From NCBI RefSeq assembly GCF_006345805.1, contig NC_043022.1:19716001-19780000 (forward strand): a DNA stretch of 64,000 nt, given 5' to 3'. The position numbers were made by a program, and so were the translations under genes. Below the pieces are notes generated by a model that saw only the letters and a list, made by a program, of their open reading frames with translations, was not told the DNA's origin and made no database searches. Below are positions 27,483 through 40,539 of this stretch, in pieces. How positions within the stretch are numbered: the first letter of the stretch is position 1; each line of letters starts with the position of its first letter. Source of the DNA: Octopus sinensis (lineage: Eukaryota).

Positions 27483-28329
27483 TTCTAGTGAAATACATTC
27501 ACTGATTACAAAATGTAATGGGAGATAGGTGAGATTTTTAAAATATTGACGTCCAAGTCAAAAAAGCAAAGTTTGTAGGGAGTAGTAGACATTTCCCTTG
27601 ATTTCTAGATAGAAGCAAATAAGAAATAACACTGAACATAGACGAAAAAAGTTTAAAATTTTGTTACACAGTGTTATCTATGAAACAGGTGACTTTTTAT
27701 GGGAGATTGGTTACAGCCCTTTCTATACGCTGTGAGATCGAATCCTGCATTCACCAATTTGCTTTTCTTCCTTCGGATATCGATAAAGTAAAGTAGCATT
27801 CACAAAGCAGAACAGGCAATACGCAAACTCAGAATTTATGGGTTTCTGCCTCTGTGAGAAATCAATATTATCGATATAATCAAGATTAGTATCAATCACA
27901 TTATTGCAACTCTGTATAAATGATATTTGTATCAATCATTCATGATATTAATCAATGGATTCTGTTTACCCTTTATATTGTTTATCTTTTATCTTGCACT
28001 TGTTTCATTCAGTGAAGCGCAGCCATGCTGGAGCACCATCTTGAAGAGTTATAGTCGAACAGATTGACTCCATTATTTGTGCATTTTGGGTTTATTGTTC
28101 TATTTACTAAAGTTCGCTACTTATTCTATCTGTGTCTTTTGTTGAATCGCTGAGTTACGGAAATGTAAACAAACCAACATCGGTTGTAAAACGATGGGGC
28201 CAAACACAGGCACACAGACACACACATATATACAAAGAGTCACAGGAGGGGTCAAAACGATCGTCATACTGAATACAGACTATATATATATATATAATAC
28301 ATTTCTAAATATCTCAGAGGGATTTATGC

Positions 28330-28606
28330 GGTAGTGGTGCGATAAAGTAGTTGTATACTGTCAACTTAATGTGGCAGTCCCATGAAGGGAATCATACTAC
28401 TGCTATTTAGCCCTAGGACGCAGCAATGCTTCCTGTCGGCCTTGACACATTTCCTGTATCCTTATGTTTGCAAGGGGGAGATAAGCACCTCCACCCACCT
28501 AAGCCAGCATCCAGAGACTAGTTTCTGAGTCTTTGCTCGTCGTCAGTCTGGAGTAGCATGGCTGCTAGCTGGAGATATCTAACTAGCCCTTGCAAGCATA
28601 TAAGAA
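28330..28606 (-). mobile_element. HHR cassette, copy 2 (longer)
   Basis: 28469-28606 matches 27345-27482. 28395-28485 shares motifs (atttagccc.agg, cttgacac, tgcaa..gggagataa) with 37750-37840. Left boundary is approximate. Confidence 0.6.
28510..28552 (-). ncRNA. Type I hammerhead ribozyme motif (second copy of the 27385 family)
   Basis: Minus strand UCCAGA-CUGACGA-C-GAG-CAAAGA-CUC-A-GAAA-CUAGUC|UCUGGA. Perfect 6-bp helix I. Differences from the 27385 copy fall at N7, the helix II loop and a wobble position. Confidence 0.78.
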
Positions 28607-28639
28607 CTCGTACATAACTATCTATCGTTCTTTCGTTTA

Positions 28640-29103
28640 GCTTTTGCTCGTGATCGAAAACACCAGTAATTCCATCTCTTGAAACGCTTTTTACGGACGG
28701 ATTGAACGATTTCCTCTTTAGATTTCTGATATAGACTGATCCTTCAGCTTCATATGCGACTTTACTGGGTGTCTTCACACATCGCTTCTGACAGTTCATT
28801 CTGAAACATTGAGGTCACTTTGCAGTAGCTTTGATTGACTTTCTGGAGGTTTTATCGATTATTTCTTGGCATATTTTGGACGAAGTTATCTATTCTGATG
28901 GTATCAGGACCCTGCGCATGCGTTTTGCGTGTAGCTTCTGATGCTGGATCCCCGTCAGCAACGTCCTGTTCCATTTGATCTTTGGCAACGAAGGATCGGT
29001 AAACTTTCAGGAAGCGAGCTATCTCTGCATCGCCATGTTGCTCTTTTGAAGCAGCGATTACAGTGTGTCTCTTCATTTGATGAGTGAAGTTGATGCCTGA
29101 CAT
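28640..29103 (-). mobile_element. IS630/Tc1/mariner transposase N-terminal fragment (decayed)
   Basis: MKRHTVIAASKEQHGDAEIARFLKVYRSFV..IRIDNFV, and a later frame VSE*TVR..KSHMKLKDQSISE..NRSIR, typical of an HTH-domain mariner N-terminus. Confidence 0.6.
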
Positions 29104-29139
29104 TATTTATCTGAAAAGTAAATTAACAAAAATAAGCTA

Positions 29140-29245
<106 letters not shown>

Positions 29246-29402
29246 ACATATGTGTGTGGGTGTGGATGCATATATATGTACATACATAGAGTGACAGACA
29301 GACAGAGACATATATATATATATACATATAATATATATATATATATATGTCTCTGTCTGTGGATGCATTATATGTACATACATAGAGTGACAGACAGAAA
29401 GA

Positions 29403-29466
<64 letters not shown>

Positions 29467-29566
29467 GTCTCTGTCTGTCTGTCACTCTATGTATGTACAT
29501 ATATATGCATCCACACCCACACACATATGTATACATATACATACAGATATACATGTATGTATGTAT

Positions 29567-29600
<34 letters not shown>

Positions 29601-31043
29601 AAATAATATATATATATAAATATATAATATATATATATACACAATATATATTTTTATATATATATATATAAATAAATATAATGTATATATATATGTATTA
29701 TATATATATATATTATATAATAAATTTGCTATATTATATATAATATTTATACTATATTATATACATATATATTTATTTACATATATATATAAATATAGAT
29801 ATAGATAACGCACATTCATTCTTTCACATCTAAATGTCAACTTAATATTTCACAAAAATACCAACAAGGTTATCAGAAAGTTTGTGTATACATCTGCCTC
29901 TGTTGAACAGGTTTCAATATGATGAATAGATACAAACAAAGAAATAGTTATACAGCGTGGGGCTGGAGATGTGGAGATCATATGTAATCAATACTAGATT
30001 GAATGATAATATTGATTTCTAATATAATCACATGACCACAAATTTAGTGGCAGCCGGGTGGGGCGGATCGTACTTTGAGCTTTAATCATTCGGTCTGTTT
30101 TCCATGCAATGTATCCGTGTTTATGAATTGTAACACAATTTTTGTCATTGGGAAAAAACTGTTATTTCCTATTTGCATATTCCTAGAAAGCATAAAATTG
30201 GTTAATATTTCCTTAATATTTCCTTCGAACTTTGCTTTTGTTACATCTATTCAAGCACCAAAGAATCCCTTTCAACATGTAGCTATGATGCTCTCCCACT
30301 ACTCCTGCTCATCATCAGAGATGCATTATTGTCAGCAACTAAGGGACTTGCTCATATTGTTAAGATCAAGCAACCGACAAGCTGAATATTTGCTATAACA
30401 GGCGGCGAGCGAAATGCGTAGCTGTATTTCGTCTGCCGTTACGTTCTGAGTTCAAATTCCGCCGAGGTCGACTTTGCCTTTCATCCTTTCGGGGTCGATA
30501 AATTAAGTACCAGTTGCGCACTGGGGTCGACGTAATCCGTTTGTCTGTCCTTATTTGTCCTCTCTGTGTGTAGCCCCTTGTGGGTAGTAAAGAAATATGA
30601 ATATTTGCTATAATGATATTTCTGCTTCAGCAACTCAGTGCGACCCTGTTTGAAATGTAATGGAAAATAGGTAAGATTCAAATTATTGATGTCCAGGTTA
30701 CAAAAGGAAAGTTTTAAGGGAATAGTAGTCGTTGCCGTTGATTTCTAGATAGAAGCAAATATGAAATAACACTTACTGACTAAAGAGAGAAAAAATAAAA
30801 ATTTTGTTACAACGTGTTATCCAACACAAAGTGATATCCCTTTATATAGTGTCAAGCGTGTTCTTTCAAGAAGACGAGTAACACAATGTTGTTGGCACAG
30901 GAATGGCCAACAACGCTTTGCAATCCTATAGTTTCGGGTTCAGTCCCACTGTACAACAACTTTGGCATGTGTCTTCTACTATAGCTCCAAGTCGACCAGT
31001 AAATGTGCGAGTGACAGAATTAATGTGAACAGAAACTGCATGT

Positions 31044-31143
31044 NNNNNNNNNNNNNNNNNNNNNNNNNNNNNNNNNNNNNNNNNNNNNNNNNNNNNNNNN
31101 NNNNNNNNNNNNNNNNNNNNNNNNNNNNNNNNNNNNNNNNNNN
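31044..31143. other. Assembly gap (100 N)
   Basis: Run of N. Confidence 1.
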
Positions 31144-32953
31144 GAAGGAAATTAAGTTGTCAGTGTTTATTGAGATATATTTTTCCGGATTTCTGAACCC
31201 GGAGTTAATACACGAACTAGAGAAGTGTTTATATTATAAAGAACACTGATGTGTCATCTGAATACAAGTGTTTATTGTTAGAAGCGAATGAAAGGATTTT
31301 CGAGTACAGGAGAGGAAAAATCTCGGTTACATATGTGCACACACACACATGACCTATGCATACTCTCACATAAGCACATAAAACATGTAACAAAAAAACA
31401 GTTAAAAATAAATGTAAAAGATAAAGACTACCTTAATAGCAATAATAAACCTGGTTAAAGACTGCATACTTTGGGACCATCCGAATTATTATCATAGTAA
31501 TTAGAATCATTATTAGCACGCTGGGCAAAATGCTTAGCAGCATTTCGTCCGTTTTCACACTCTGAGTTCAAATTCTACCGTGGTCAACTTTGCCTTCCAT
31601 CCTTTCTTGGGCGATAAAATGAGTTTCAGTTGAGTACTGGCGTCGATGAAATTGTTGGCATTGTGCTATAATTTGAAATCATGATAAAAAAAAATGACTG
31701 CGTTAATTACAACAATAAACAGTTAAAGCCTGCATATTTTGGGATCATCCGTATTATCATGGTTGTAGTTAGAAAAACGAGCTGGCAGAATCGTTAGCAC
31801 GCTGGGCAAAATGCTTAGCGGGATTTCGACCGTCTTCACGTTCTGAGTTCAAATTCTGCGTGGTCAACTTTGCCTTTCATCCTTTCGCGGTCGACAAAAT
31901 AAATTCCAGTTGGGTCAATGTAAATGACTTACCCTCACCCCTGACATTGCTGCCCTTGTGCCAAAATTTGAAATCACTAATAAAAAATAACGTTAATTAC
32001 AACAATGAATACAGTTAAAGACTGCATACTTTGGGATCATCCGTATTATTATCATAGCGGAATTTGAACTCAGAACGTAAAGACAGAAGAAATATCTATT
32101 TCTTTACTACCCACAAGAGGCTAAACACAGAGAAGACAAACAAGGACAGACAAAGGGATTAAGTCGATTACATCGACCTCAGTGCGTAACTGGTACTTAA
32201 TTTATCGGCCCCGAAAGGATGAAAGGCAAAGTCGACCTCGGCGGAATTTGAACTCAGAACGTAACGACAGACGAAATACTGCTAAGCATTTCGCCCGGCG
32301 TGGTAACGTTACTGCCAGCTCGCCGCCTTAAGTCAAAGAATGAAACAAACGAGGAGTCTGCTACTTCCATCTCGATGTCATAAAGTATGAGTGCGGACCG
32401 CTTTAAATTGCCATGTGATATTCTGTACCCTCCAATTTTCAAATCATATGTCTATATTAGATATCAATACGATTGTACTGTATATTCGGTGCTATTCGAT
32501 TTTTCTGGCGTTCATAATATCCAGACGTATCGACGTATCTTCACGCCGGTTCGATAATATTGAAAGAGGTAGTAGAAAATGGGGAGGAGATAAGGAGAAA
32601 GAAAGAAGGAAAGAAGGAAGGAAAGAAAGAGAGGGGTGGGGAGAATAAGTCTTTTGTATCTATTATATCTTCCTATCTCAATATTGTCGAGTGATTTATC
32701 ATTTATAAAGCCGGATCAGATCAAATACCTGAAGAAACATGATACTGATTAAGTTGATTTAGTTGTTTATATGTTTATATGTTCCATCATTCGCGTATTT
32801 ATTTAATTTAATTCATTTGCGTTCATTAAAGACACAGTATGTGTCTACAATGTTGTTTAAAGGAACCGGGAGTGGTATATATAGAAAGAGAGAGAGGGGG
32901 GACAGAGAGAAACACAATTAGACAGATATAGAGAGGTGTAATATATATATATA

Positions 32954-32991
<38 letters not shown>

Positions 32992-33189
32992 GATAATAAT
33001 AATAATAATAATAATAATAATATAATAATAATAATAATATATAATAATAATACTAATGTGAGGGAATATTATTCTTAACTTACAGGGAAAATTCAATTAG
33101 AAATACTAAATCAAATTTCACAAAATATAATATATATATATATATAAATTAGAAAAAACCCACCTTTTATCAATTCAAAATGAACAATT

Positions 33190-33259
<70 letters not shown>

Positions 33260-33419
33260 GAAAGATTTTGGTATCCAGAAGACCCGAAATGGCAGGTAAG
33301 GCTATATAAGTGCTACGGAAGGACCGTAGTTAGATTGAAACAGCTGTAAGACTACCTTTCTCTTTATAAATGTCGTAGAAATTTTACTCTGCCCTGGCTT
33401 TGTTGTCTCATTTTATTTA

Positions 33420-33472
<53 letters not shown>

Positions 33473-33492
33473 AATAGATAGATGGATACATG

Positions 33493-33599
<107 letters not shown>

Positions 33600-33699
33600 T
33601 GATAGATATTCAAGGTTGGAATTAAACTGATATTAAATATCATCAATTGAATGAATCATTATTATTATCACTATCAATATCAGTTTTTATATACATTAT

Positions 33700-33915
33700 G
33701 ACTGCCCCGGTGCTGTGATCGAACGTGACTTTTTAGCCCAGCTAAAGATCTACAATGTCTTGTACAGAATTGGCAGCTAAAACCTTTACCAGCAATAGCC
33801 GACTGTAGTTGTAACTGGGCTTCATGTACCTTTGCATGTCGTTTAAGTCTTCCTGCCGAATTACTGTCTCTTCCTCATGCCTGACAGATATGATTAGTAT
33901 GGTGTGTAACACCAT
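33700..33915 (-). mobile_element. Partial copy of the three-finger RTE 3' end
   Basis: Close reverse-complement match to 51675-51880. Confidence 0.8.
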
Positions 33916-34136
33916 ACATACATGCATTCATTCATACATACATACATACATACATACATACATACATACATACATACATACATACATACATACCCTATAT
34001 ATATATATATCTGATATTCAGCGACTCTATTATTCGTATACTAATATTTACAACAATCCTCTTGTATATAAAAATTTTTGATGATGCTAATGGTGGAATT
34101 GTTAGACTGGTGTACTTTTGCTTGGTTCAACAGTTA

Positions 34137-34167
<31 letters not shown>

Positions 34168-34665
34168 CACAAGACACACACGCGCGCGCCTATACATAAG
34201 CGCGCTCACACACTCACATACACGTGTATACTTATGAATATATATTCATAAATGTCTTTAATCTATATTATATGTGCATATTTATGTACATATTATATAT
34301 ATATATATATGTATATTTGTATGTACGTATGTGTGTGTGTGTGTGTATCCATAAAATGTACTGGATATTTGCGTGTATATAATTATGTATATACGTATGT
34401 ATAAGTATATATATTAAGACATACGTAATGTGTGGTATTAATATAATGTGTGTATATATATATATGTGTGTGTGTGTATATATATATATTTGTGTGTATA
34501 TATATGTATATATATGTGTATACATATATGTATATAATATATATATATATGTATATATGTATATATATATATATAATATATATATATATTGTATGTTATA
34601 TGTATATATATGTATATATATGTATATATTGTATATATGTATGCATATATATATACATATATATA

Positions 34666-34701
<36 letters not shown>

Positions 34702-35611
34702 TATATTCTATTATATCTTTCATATTATAATGTATTTTATTGTATTATATCATATTATATTATATTTTGCTGGCGTGCTTATCATTGTTTTATACATATG
34801 CGTCTGTCATTATTCTCACTGTTAATCCTGTCATTAATCGTAACATATTTGTTAATCTCACAAGGAATAAGATGGGATTTCTTTTACAAGAACTGACTAG
34901 AAAGAACCGGTTAAAACTGACCAGAGTCGACAGAAATATAGAAGGAAAAGAAAGAATGTAGAAATGAAGGAAGAAACAAACAAATAATGGTAAGAAAAAA
35001 GAGCAAAGAATAAAAGAGAGCATGAGGATAAAGGAACGAAATGAAAAAAGGATCAAAAAAATACCAAAGAATAAAAGAATTTACGAAAGAAAATACAAAG
35101 AATAAAAGATTGACTGAATGGAGGAATGAAACAAAAGAAAGAATGAGTGAATGAGAAAAAGAAAGAAAGAAGGGAGGAAGGAAAGCAAGGAAGCAAGCAA
35201 AAAAATAAAAAAGGAAGGAAAGCAAGAAGGACCGAAAGAAAGAAAGAATAAATAAGTAAAGATAGATAGATAGGAAGAATGAATGGAAGTTGCTAATTTT
35301 GACGTATGCGGTATCAAAAATCCAGTAATCTTTCGGCTACCAAATAACTTAAATTTTCATTTATATATTTGAATTACAAAAATTTAACATTATAATCTTT
35401 CTAGAATATGTGTGAACGAGAGAAATACAGAATGAGAAAAGACAGAGAGAAGAGAGAATATATATACATATATGTGTGGATGTATACATACATACCTACC
35501 TACATATATATATATATATTATTATATATATATATATATATATACTTTAATTGTTCCACGTCCTCGCGTTGCTGTTTTTTTCTCTTTTTTTCTGTGTTTT
35601 CTTGTTTGGAT

Positions 35612-35697
<86 letters not shown>

Positions 35698-35819
35698 ATG
35701 TATGTATATATGCAAACACATACATACATACATACATACATACATACATACATACATACATACAACATACATACATACATACATACATATATATTCTCTC
35801 CTTGTTTTTTCTGTGTCCC

Positions 35820-35853
35820 TTTCTGTAGAAGATCGTCGGCTCGAAACGTAAAA
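35820..35853 (+). ncRNA. Degenerate minimal (Penelope-type) hammerhead motif
   Basis: TTT-CTGTAGA-A-GATC-GTCG-GCTC-GAAA-CGT-A|AAA. ACGT palindromic helix III; core and helix II each carry a mismatch. Confidence 0.35.
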
Positions 35854-36525
35854 TACTTTTTCTATTCCTGAGCGTTATACTAATACATCTGTTTGTTTTG
35901 TACACCACCTGTCTTCGTCTTTTGTTTTCTTCGTAAACTCTCCCTATATATATGCATACATACTTCTATGGAAGTAGGATGATAAGTTTGATTGGATGGA
36001 TGAAAATACAAATAGATAGCAAAACGAATTGCATTGCCTTTTCTTTCACTTTTTTAAAATGTGTCAAAATCGCATACCAGTTTCAACGACTCTTTGGCAG
36101 GTCGTGTTTTATTTATCATTGGTAAATAAAACAGATAAAACTTTAACAGAAGCTGCATGCACAGGAGAAAATTCTATTGCTATAAAGCATGCTTAAAAAG
36201 TCAATTGTTCCATAAGTTTCACAGCAATAGGAAATAACCAGAGTTCAAACGTTGGATAAATTTCATAACAATAGAACACGATAGAAATTTGAGAGTTTAA
36301 TCGTTTTCCAAGCAATAAAGCTATGTTAATTACATTGAAACCTACTGAACTTTCAAATCTATATCATATATTAATTAATCAAACTTTTGAACATCCGTCA
36401 TTTCCTATCGTTGTGAAACTGACTGAGTACGTCAATTTTAGTAATGTAATTTTCATATGAAACCCATACAACGTTCTAAGAGCCAAGTGAAATTTTAATC
36501 CTGAAACACCTGTTGCCCTCTTCCC

Positions 36526-36565
<40 letters not shown>

Positions 36566-36596
36566 TCCTCTCTGCGTGTGCGCGTACACACCACAC

Positions 36597-36648
<52 letters not shown>

Positions 36649-36709
36649 GCGCGCACACACACACGCACACACACACATACATACACACATGCGCACACAT
36701 ATATCTGAC

Positions 36710-37620
36710 CTCACATGTTAGCAAGGCAATGGAGCGCATCGTCAGCCAACAGCTGATCACGTTCTTAGAAGAAAACAACCTTCTCACAAACACGCAACAC
36801 GGCTTCCGTCCAAGGAGGAGCTGCCTCACACAACTGCTGTAGCACTTTGACTGGGCACTGAAACAACAGCTAAACCAGTCAGCTGTAGATATGATATACC
36901 TCGACTTTGCCAAGGTCTTCGACAAGGTTGATCATGGCATGATATGTCACACGCTGCGAAACTATGGTACTACTAGGAAAAGTAATACCGTTAAATAGTA
37001 ATAGTAATACCATTAAAAGGCGGCGAGCTGGCAGAAACGTTAGCACGCCGGGCGAAATGCGTAGCCGTATTTCGTCTGCCGTTTCGTTCTGAGTTCAAAT
37101 CCCGCCGCGGTCGACTTTGCCTTTCATCCTTTCGGGGTCGATAAATTAAGTACCAGTTATGCACTGGGGTCGATATAATCGACTTAATCCGTGTGTCTGT
37201 CCTTGTTTGTCCTCTCTATGTTTTAGCCCCTTGTGGGTGGTAAAGAAATAGGTATTACAAGGAAACCGGGAGAGTGGTTGCATGACTTTCTGAAGGGATC
37301 AAACAGTTGCAGTCAATGGTGCTCACTTTGAAGAGACTTCAATTCTCAGCGGAGTCCTACAGGTACTGGGGCCACTACTATTCAGACAGGCCTTCCGCGG
37401 TACAGCCAACCAATCTGACCAGTTATGCTGACGACACAAAAGTATCACAGGCAGTTAGGAACCCGAAGGACATCGTAAAACTGTAGAGAGACCTGAATGA
37501 AATACGCAAATGGATAAACAAAACTAACATGCAGTTCAATGCTATGAAATTTCAGAAAACTCCATTATCGGCCCAACACGAGGCTAAAATCGGAATACAC
37601 TAGAGTCCCAGAGTCAGAGT
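36710..37620 (+). mobile_element. CR1/L2-clade LINE RT fragment, interrupted by a SINE at 37019-37253
   Basis: LTSHVSKAMERIVSQQLITFLEENNLLTNTQHGFRPRRSCLTQLL, DMIYLDFAKVFDKVDHG, and downstream YADDTKVS. Confidence 0.85.
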
Positions 37621-37656
37621 CACTGCGTGACCTACGGGTTCACATGAGCAATGTTG

Positions 37657-37692
<36 letters not shown>

Positions 37693-37861
37693 CATAAGGG
37701 ACTAAAGCCATCTGAATATGGCTAGGGACAGGGCAGGGTGGTGGGGGTGTTACTGTTGCATTTAGCCCCAGGCGAACATCAACGTCGCCAGATAGGCTTG
37801 ACACCATCACGGTGTCCTTTATCCTGCAAAGGGAGATAATTCCCCGATGAAGCGGAAACCA

Positions 37862-37907
37862 CACACGGACCTAGGTTTCAAGGTGTATTGCCTATCATCA
37901 ACGTGTG
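37862..37907 (-). ncRNA. Type I hammerhead ribozyme motif (C3U core variant)
   Basis: Minus strand CACACG-UUGAUGA-U-AGG-CAAUACA-CCU-U-GAAA-CCUAGGUC|CGUGUG. 8-nt palindrome ACCUAGGU, GUC site, 6-bp helix I. Confidence 0.72.
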
Positions 37908-38218
37908 GTAGGCCCCCGCTTCCTCGACGAACAACCCACACTGCAGGATATTTATATATAGATTTTCAAGCAAAATACATTTGCTGATTTCGAAAATCTG
38001 TTCGACAGCAATAATAATTCTCTAAATGAGATATAGACAGTAACTGCTCCATAACATAAGGGACTAAAGCCATCTGAATATGGCTAGGGACAGGGCAGGG
38101 TGGTGGGGGTGTTACTGTTGCATTTAGCCCCAGGCGAACATCAACGTCGCCTTTGCTTGAAAATCTATATATAAATATCCTGCAGAGTGGGTTGTTCGTC
38201 GAGGAAGCGGGGGCCTAC

Positions 38219-38264
38219 CACACGTTGATGATAGGCAATACACCTTGAAACCTAGGTCCGTGTG
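38219..38264 (+). ncRNA. Type I hammerhead ribozyme motif (inverted copy of 37862)
   Basis: CACACG(38219-24)-TTGATGA-TAGGCAATACACCTT-GAAA-CCTAGGTC|CGTGTG(38259-64), identical to the minus-strand copy. Confidence 0.72.
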
Positions 38265-38999
38265 TGGTTTCCGCTTCATCGGGGATTATCTCCCTTTGCA
38301 GGATAAAGGACCGTGATGGTGTCAAGCCTATCTGGCGACGTTGATGTTCGCCTGGGGCTAAATGCAACAGTAACACCCCCACCACCCTGCCCTGTCCCTA
38401 GCCATATTCAGATGGCTTTAGTCCCTTATGTTATGGAGCAGTTACTGTCTATATCTCATTTAGAGAATTATTATTGCTATATATATATATATATTATATA
38501 TATATATATATATATATGGTTATGGCAGCGGACTCGCGGTCGTAGGATCGTGGTTTCGATTCCCAGACTGGGCGTTGTGAGTGTTTATTGAGCGAAAGCA
38601 CCTAAAGCTCCACGAGGCTTCTGCATGTGGCGATGGAGATCCCTGCTGTACTCTTTCGCCACAACTTTCTCTCACTCTTTCTTCTTCTGCGGGATGGCGT
38701 CATTTGAAGGCTAAAACAATGCGTAACGCATTGTGACCAGCGATGTGTAGCAACATCTGATAACCTGGTCGGTCACGGTGACGGTGATACATACATACAT
38801 ACATACATACATACATACATACATACATACATACATACATACATACATACATACATACATACATGTGCGTGTATACATACATAGTGTATTGTAGAGATCG
38901 GCACATCACCTTCCTTTGGTTGAAGGGAAGCAGATTCTTTCTCTGCTTAGCGACTGTGTGTCGGTGTGCTGCGTGTATACGTAAAGGTTTCAAGAATAG

Positions 39000-39290
39000 G
39001 TGCTTAGCAATCTGGACAAGCTCGCAACAATTTCTTCAAATATCACTCGAAGAGGAAGGAGAGGTTAAAGAGGGAGGTGGTGACCCCTAGTGTGTTTATC
39101 GAAAGGTGGATAAGAGTTACAAGATTGGTGCGGGTGAATGGGGGGGCCTACTGTGAGAATTTTCTTCAAAGCAGAAGGAGAACAGAAACTCGAAGACGTC
39201 ACTTCCCATACATTCGAGATGGCAGATAATCCGGGATATTTTGTGCAATTACCCTTGGTGGACTGCCCCACTACGGGAGATTGTGTTTAT
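39000..39290 (+). mobile_element. L1/Tx1-like LINE 3' terminal fragment
   Basis: FFKYHSKRKERLKREVVTPSVFIERWIRVTRLVRVNG resembles Tx1 ORF2 C-termini as recalled, not searched. Confidence 0.45.
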
Positions 39291-39487
39291 TTATTCATTC
39301 ATTCCTTTTTTGTTTTGTTTGCTTGTTTATTTATTTATTTATTTATTTATTTATTGCGTGAATTCTATTTTCGTGCTGTTTCTTACATCTTTATTGCTGC
39401 TGTTTCTCATTTGTTCGACATAATCTCCACATCTTTCTCTATTGTATTTAGTCTTTTGATATAGTCCTCAATGTCTTATCATCATCC

Positions 39488-39518
<31 letters not shown>

Positions 39519-39526
39519 TATTGTTA

Positions 39527-39576
<50 letters not shown>

Positions 39577-39658
39577 TTATGTTATTATTGTTGTTGTTTT
39601 GCTTTCATTATTATTATTATTATTGTTGTCTTTCTTCTTCTTCTTCTTCTTCTTCTAC

Positions 39659-39710
<52 letters not shown>

Positions 39711-40174
39711 CATCCTCATCTCAGACAACAGATTAAGTCTGCGGATTCGCGTATGTCACAAACGCGAAATAAACTGAATTAATGCTTATCCAAGCATTTC
39801 CTCAACTTTCAATAACAACATCTAACAGTACAAACAAAAAGAGCAGGTTTTATGTATATATTTTAATGTTTTTTTTTTGTTATTGTTATTTCATGTCAGA
39901 ATACAAAACAGACATTGCAAATGAGAGGTGTCAACTTTGTAATTAGATCAAAGCGTAATTTTCCTCATTGATTAGATGGGAAACAATGCAGATTTGTATA
40001 CGGCTTCCATGATAGACATGTGTTAATAATAAAATAAAGAAATACATAACAAAATTGATTTAAAAAAAAACATATACACGAATACATACGCGCGCGAACT
40101 CGCACCGACACGTGTGTGTACATTCAGACGCACATGCACACCATTTCTTCAATCACTAGTATAGACAAATGCAT

Positions 40175-40205
<31 letters not shown>

Positions 40206-40539
40206 TAGGTATATGTGTATATACATATACGTGTATATATATACATACATATGTATAGGTGTATAGTTATATGTGTATGTATATATATATGTATGTATAT
40301 GTACATTTATACATACTCACCCTCTCTCTCTCTCTCTCTCTCTCTCAAACACATACACACATATATATGTATATGGTGGAAATCAACTTCGGACCAAATT
40401 GTATGAACTCAGTAAGCCCATGCAAATGCTCCAAGAGCCCAAGAAGTTCCCGTTTGGAGTTGATAAAATGTTGCACAGCACTGGGTCCACCTTTTCTAGC
40501 AGTGTTTTTTCTCTCTGTCGTGTTGATTAATTCACTGGC

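Larger units (their letters stand above)
37690..38478. mobile_element. Retrozyme/Penelope-pLTR-like element: A-B-C-A followed by inverted B'-A'-C'
   Basis: A=37690-37789 and 38052-38151 (direct, period 362); B=37790-37974; C=37975-38051. The inverted arm 38152-38478 is near identical. B carries the HHR. Inserted in a decayed CR1 region next to (TA)n. Confidence 0.7.

Noticed and set aside
36071-36125. Minus-strand hairpin ACGAC/GUCGU followed by GAAACUGGUA
   Set aside because: No CUGANGA core and no helix I partner.
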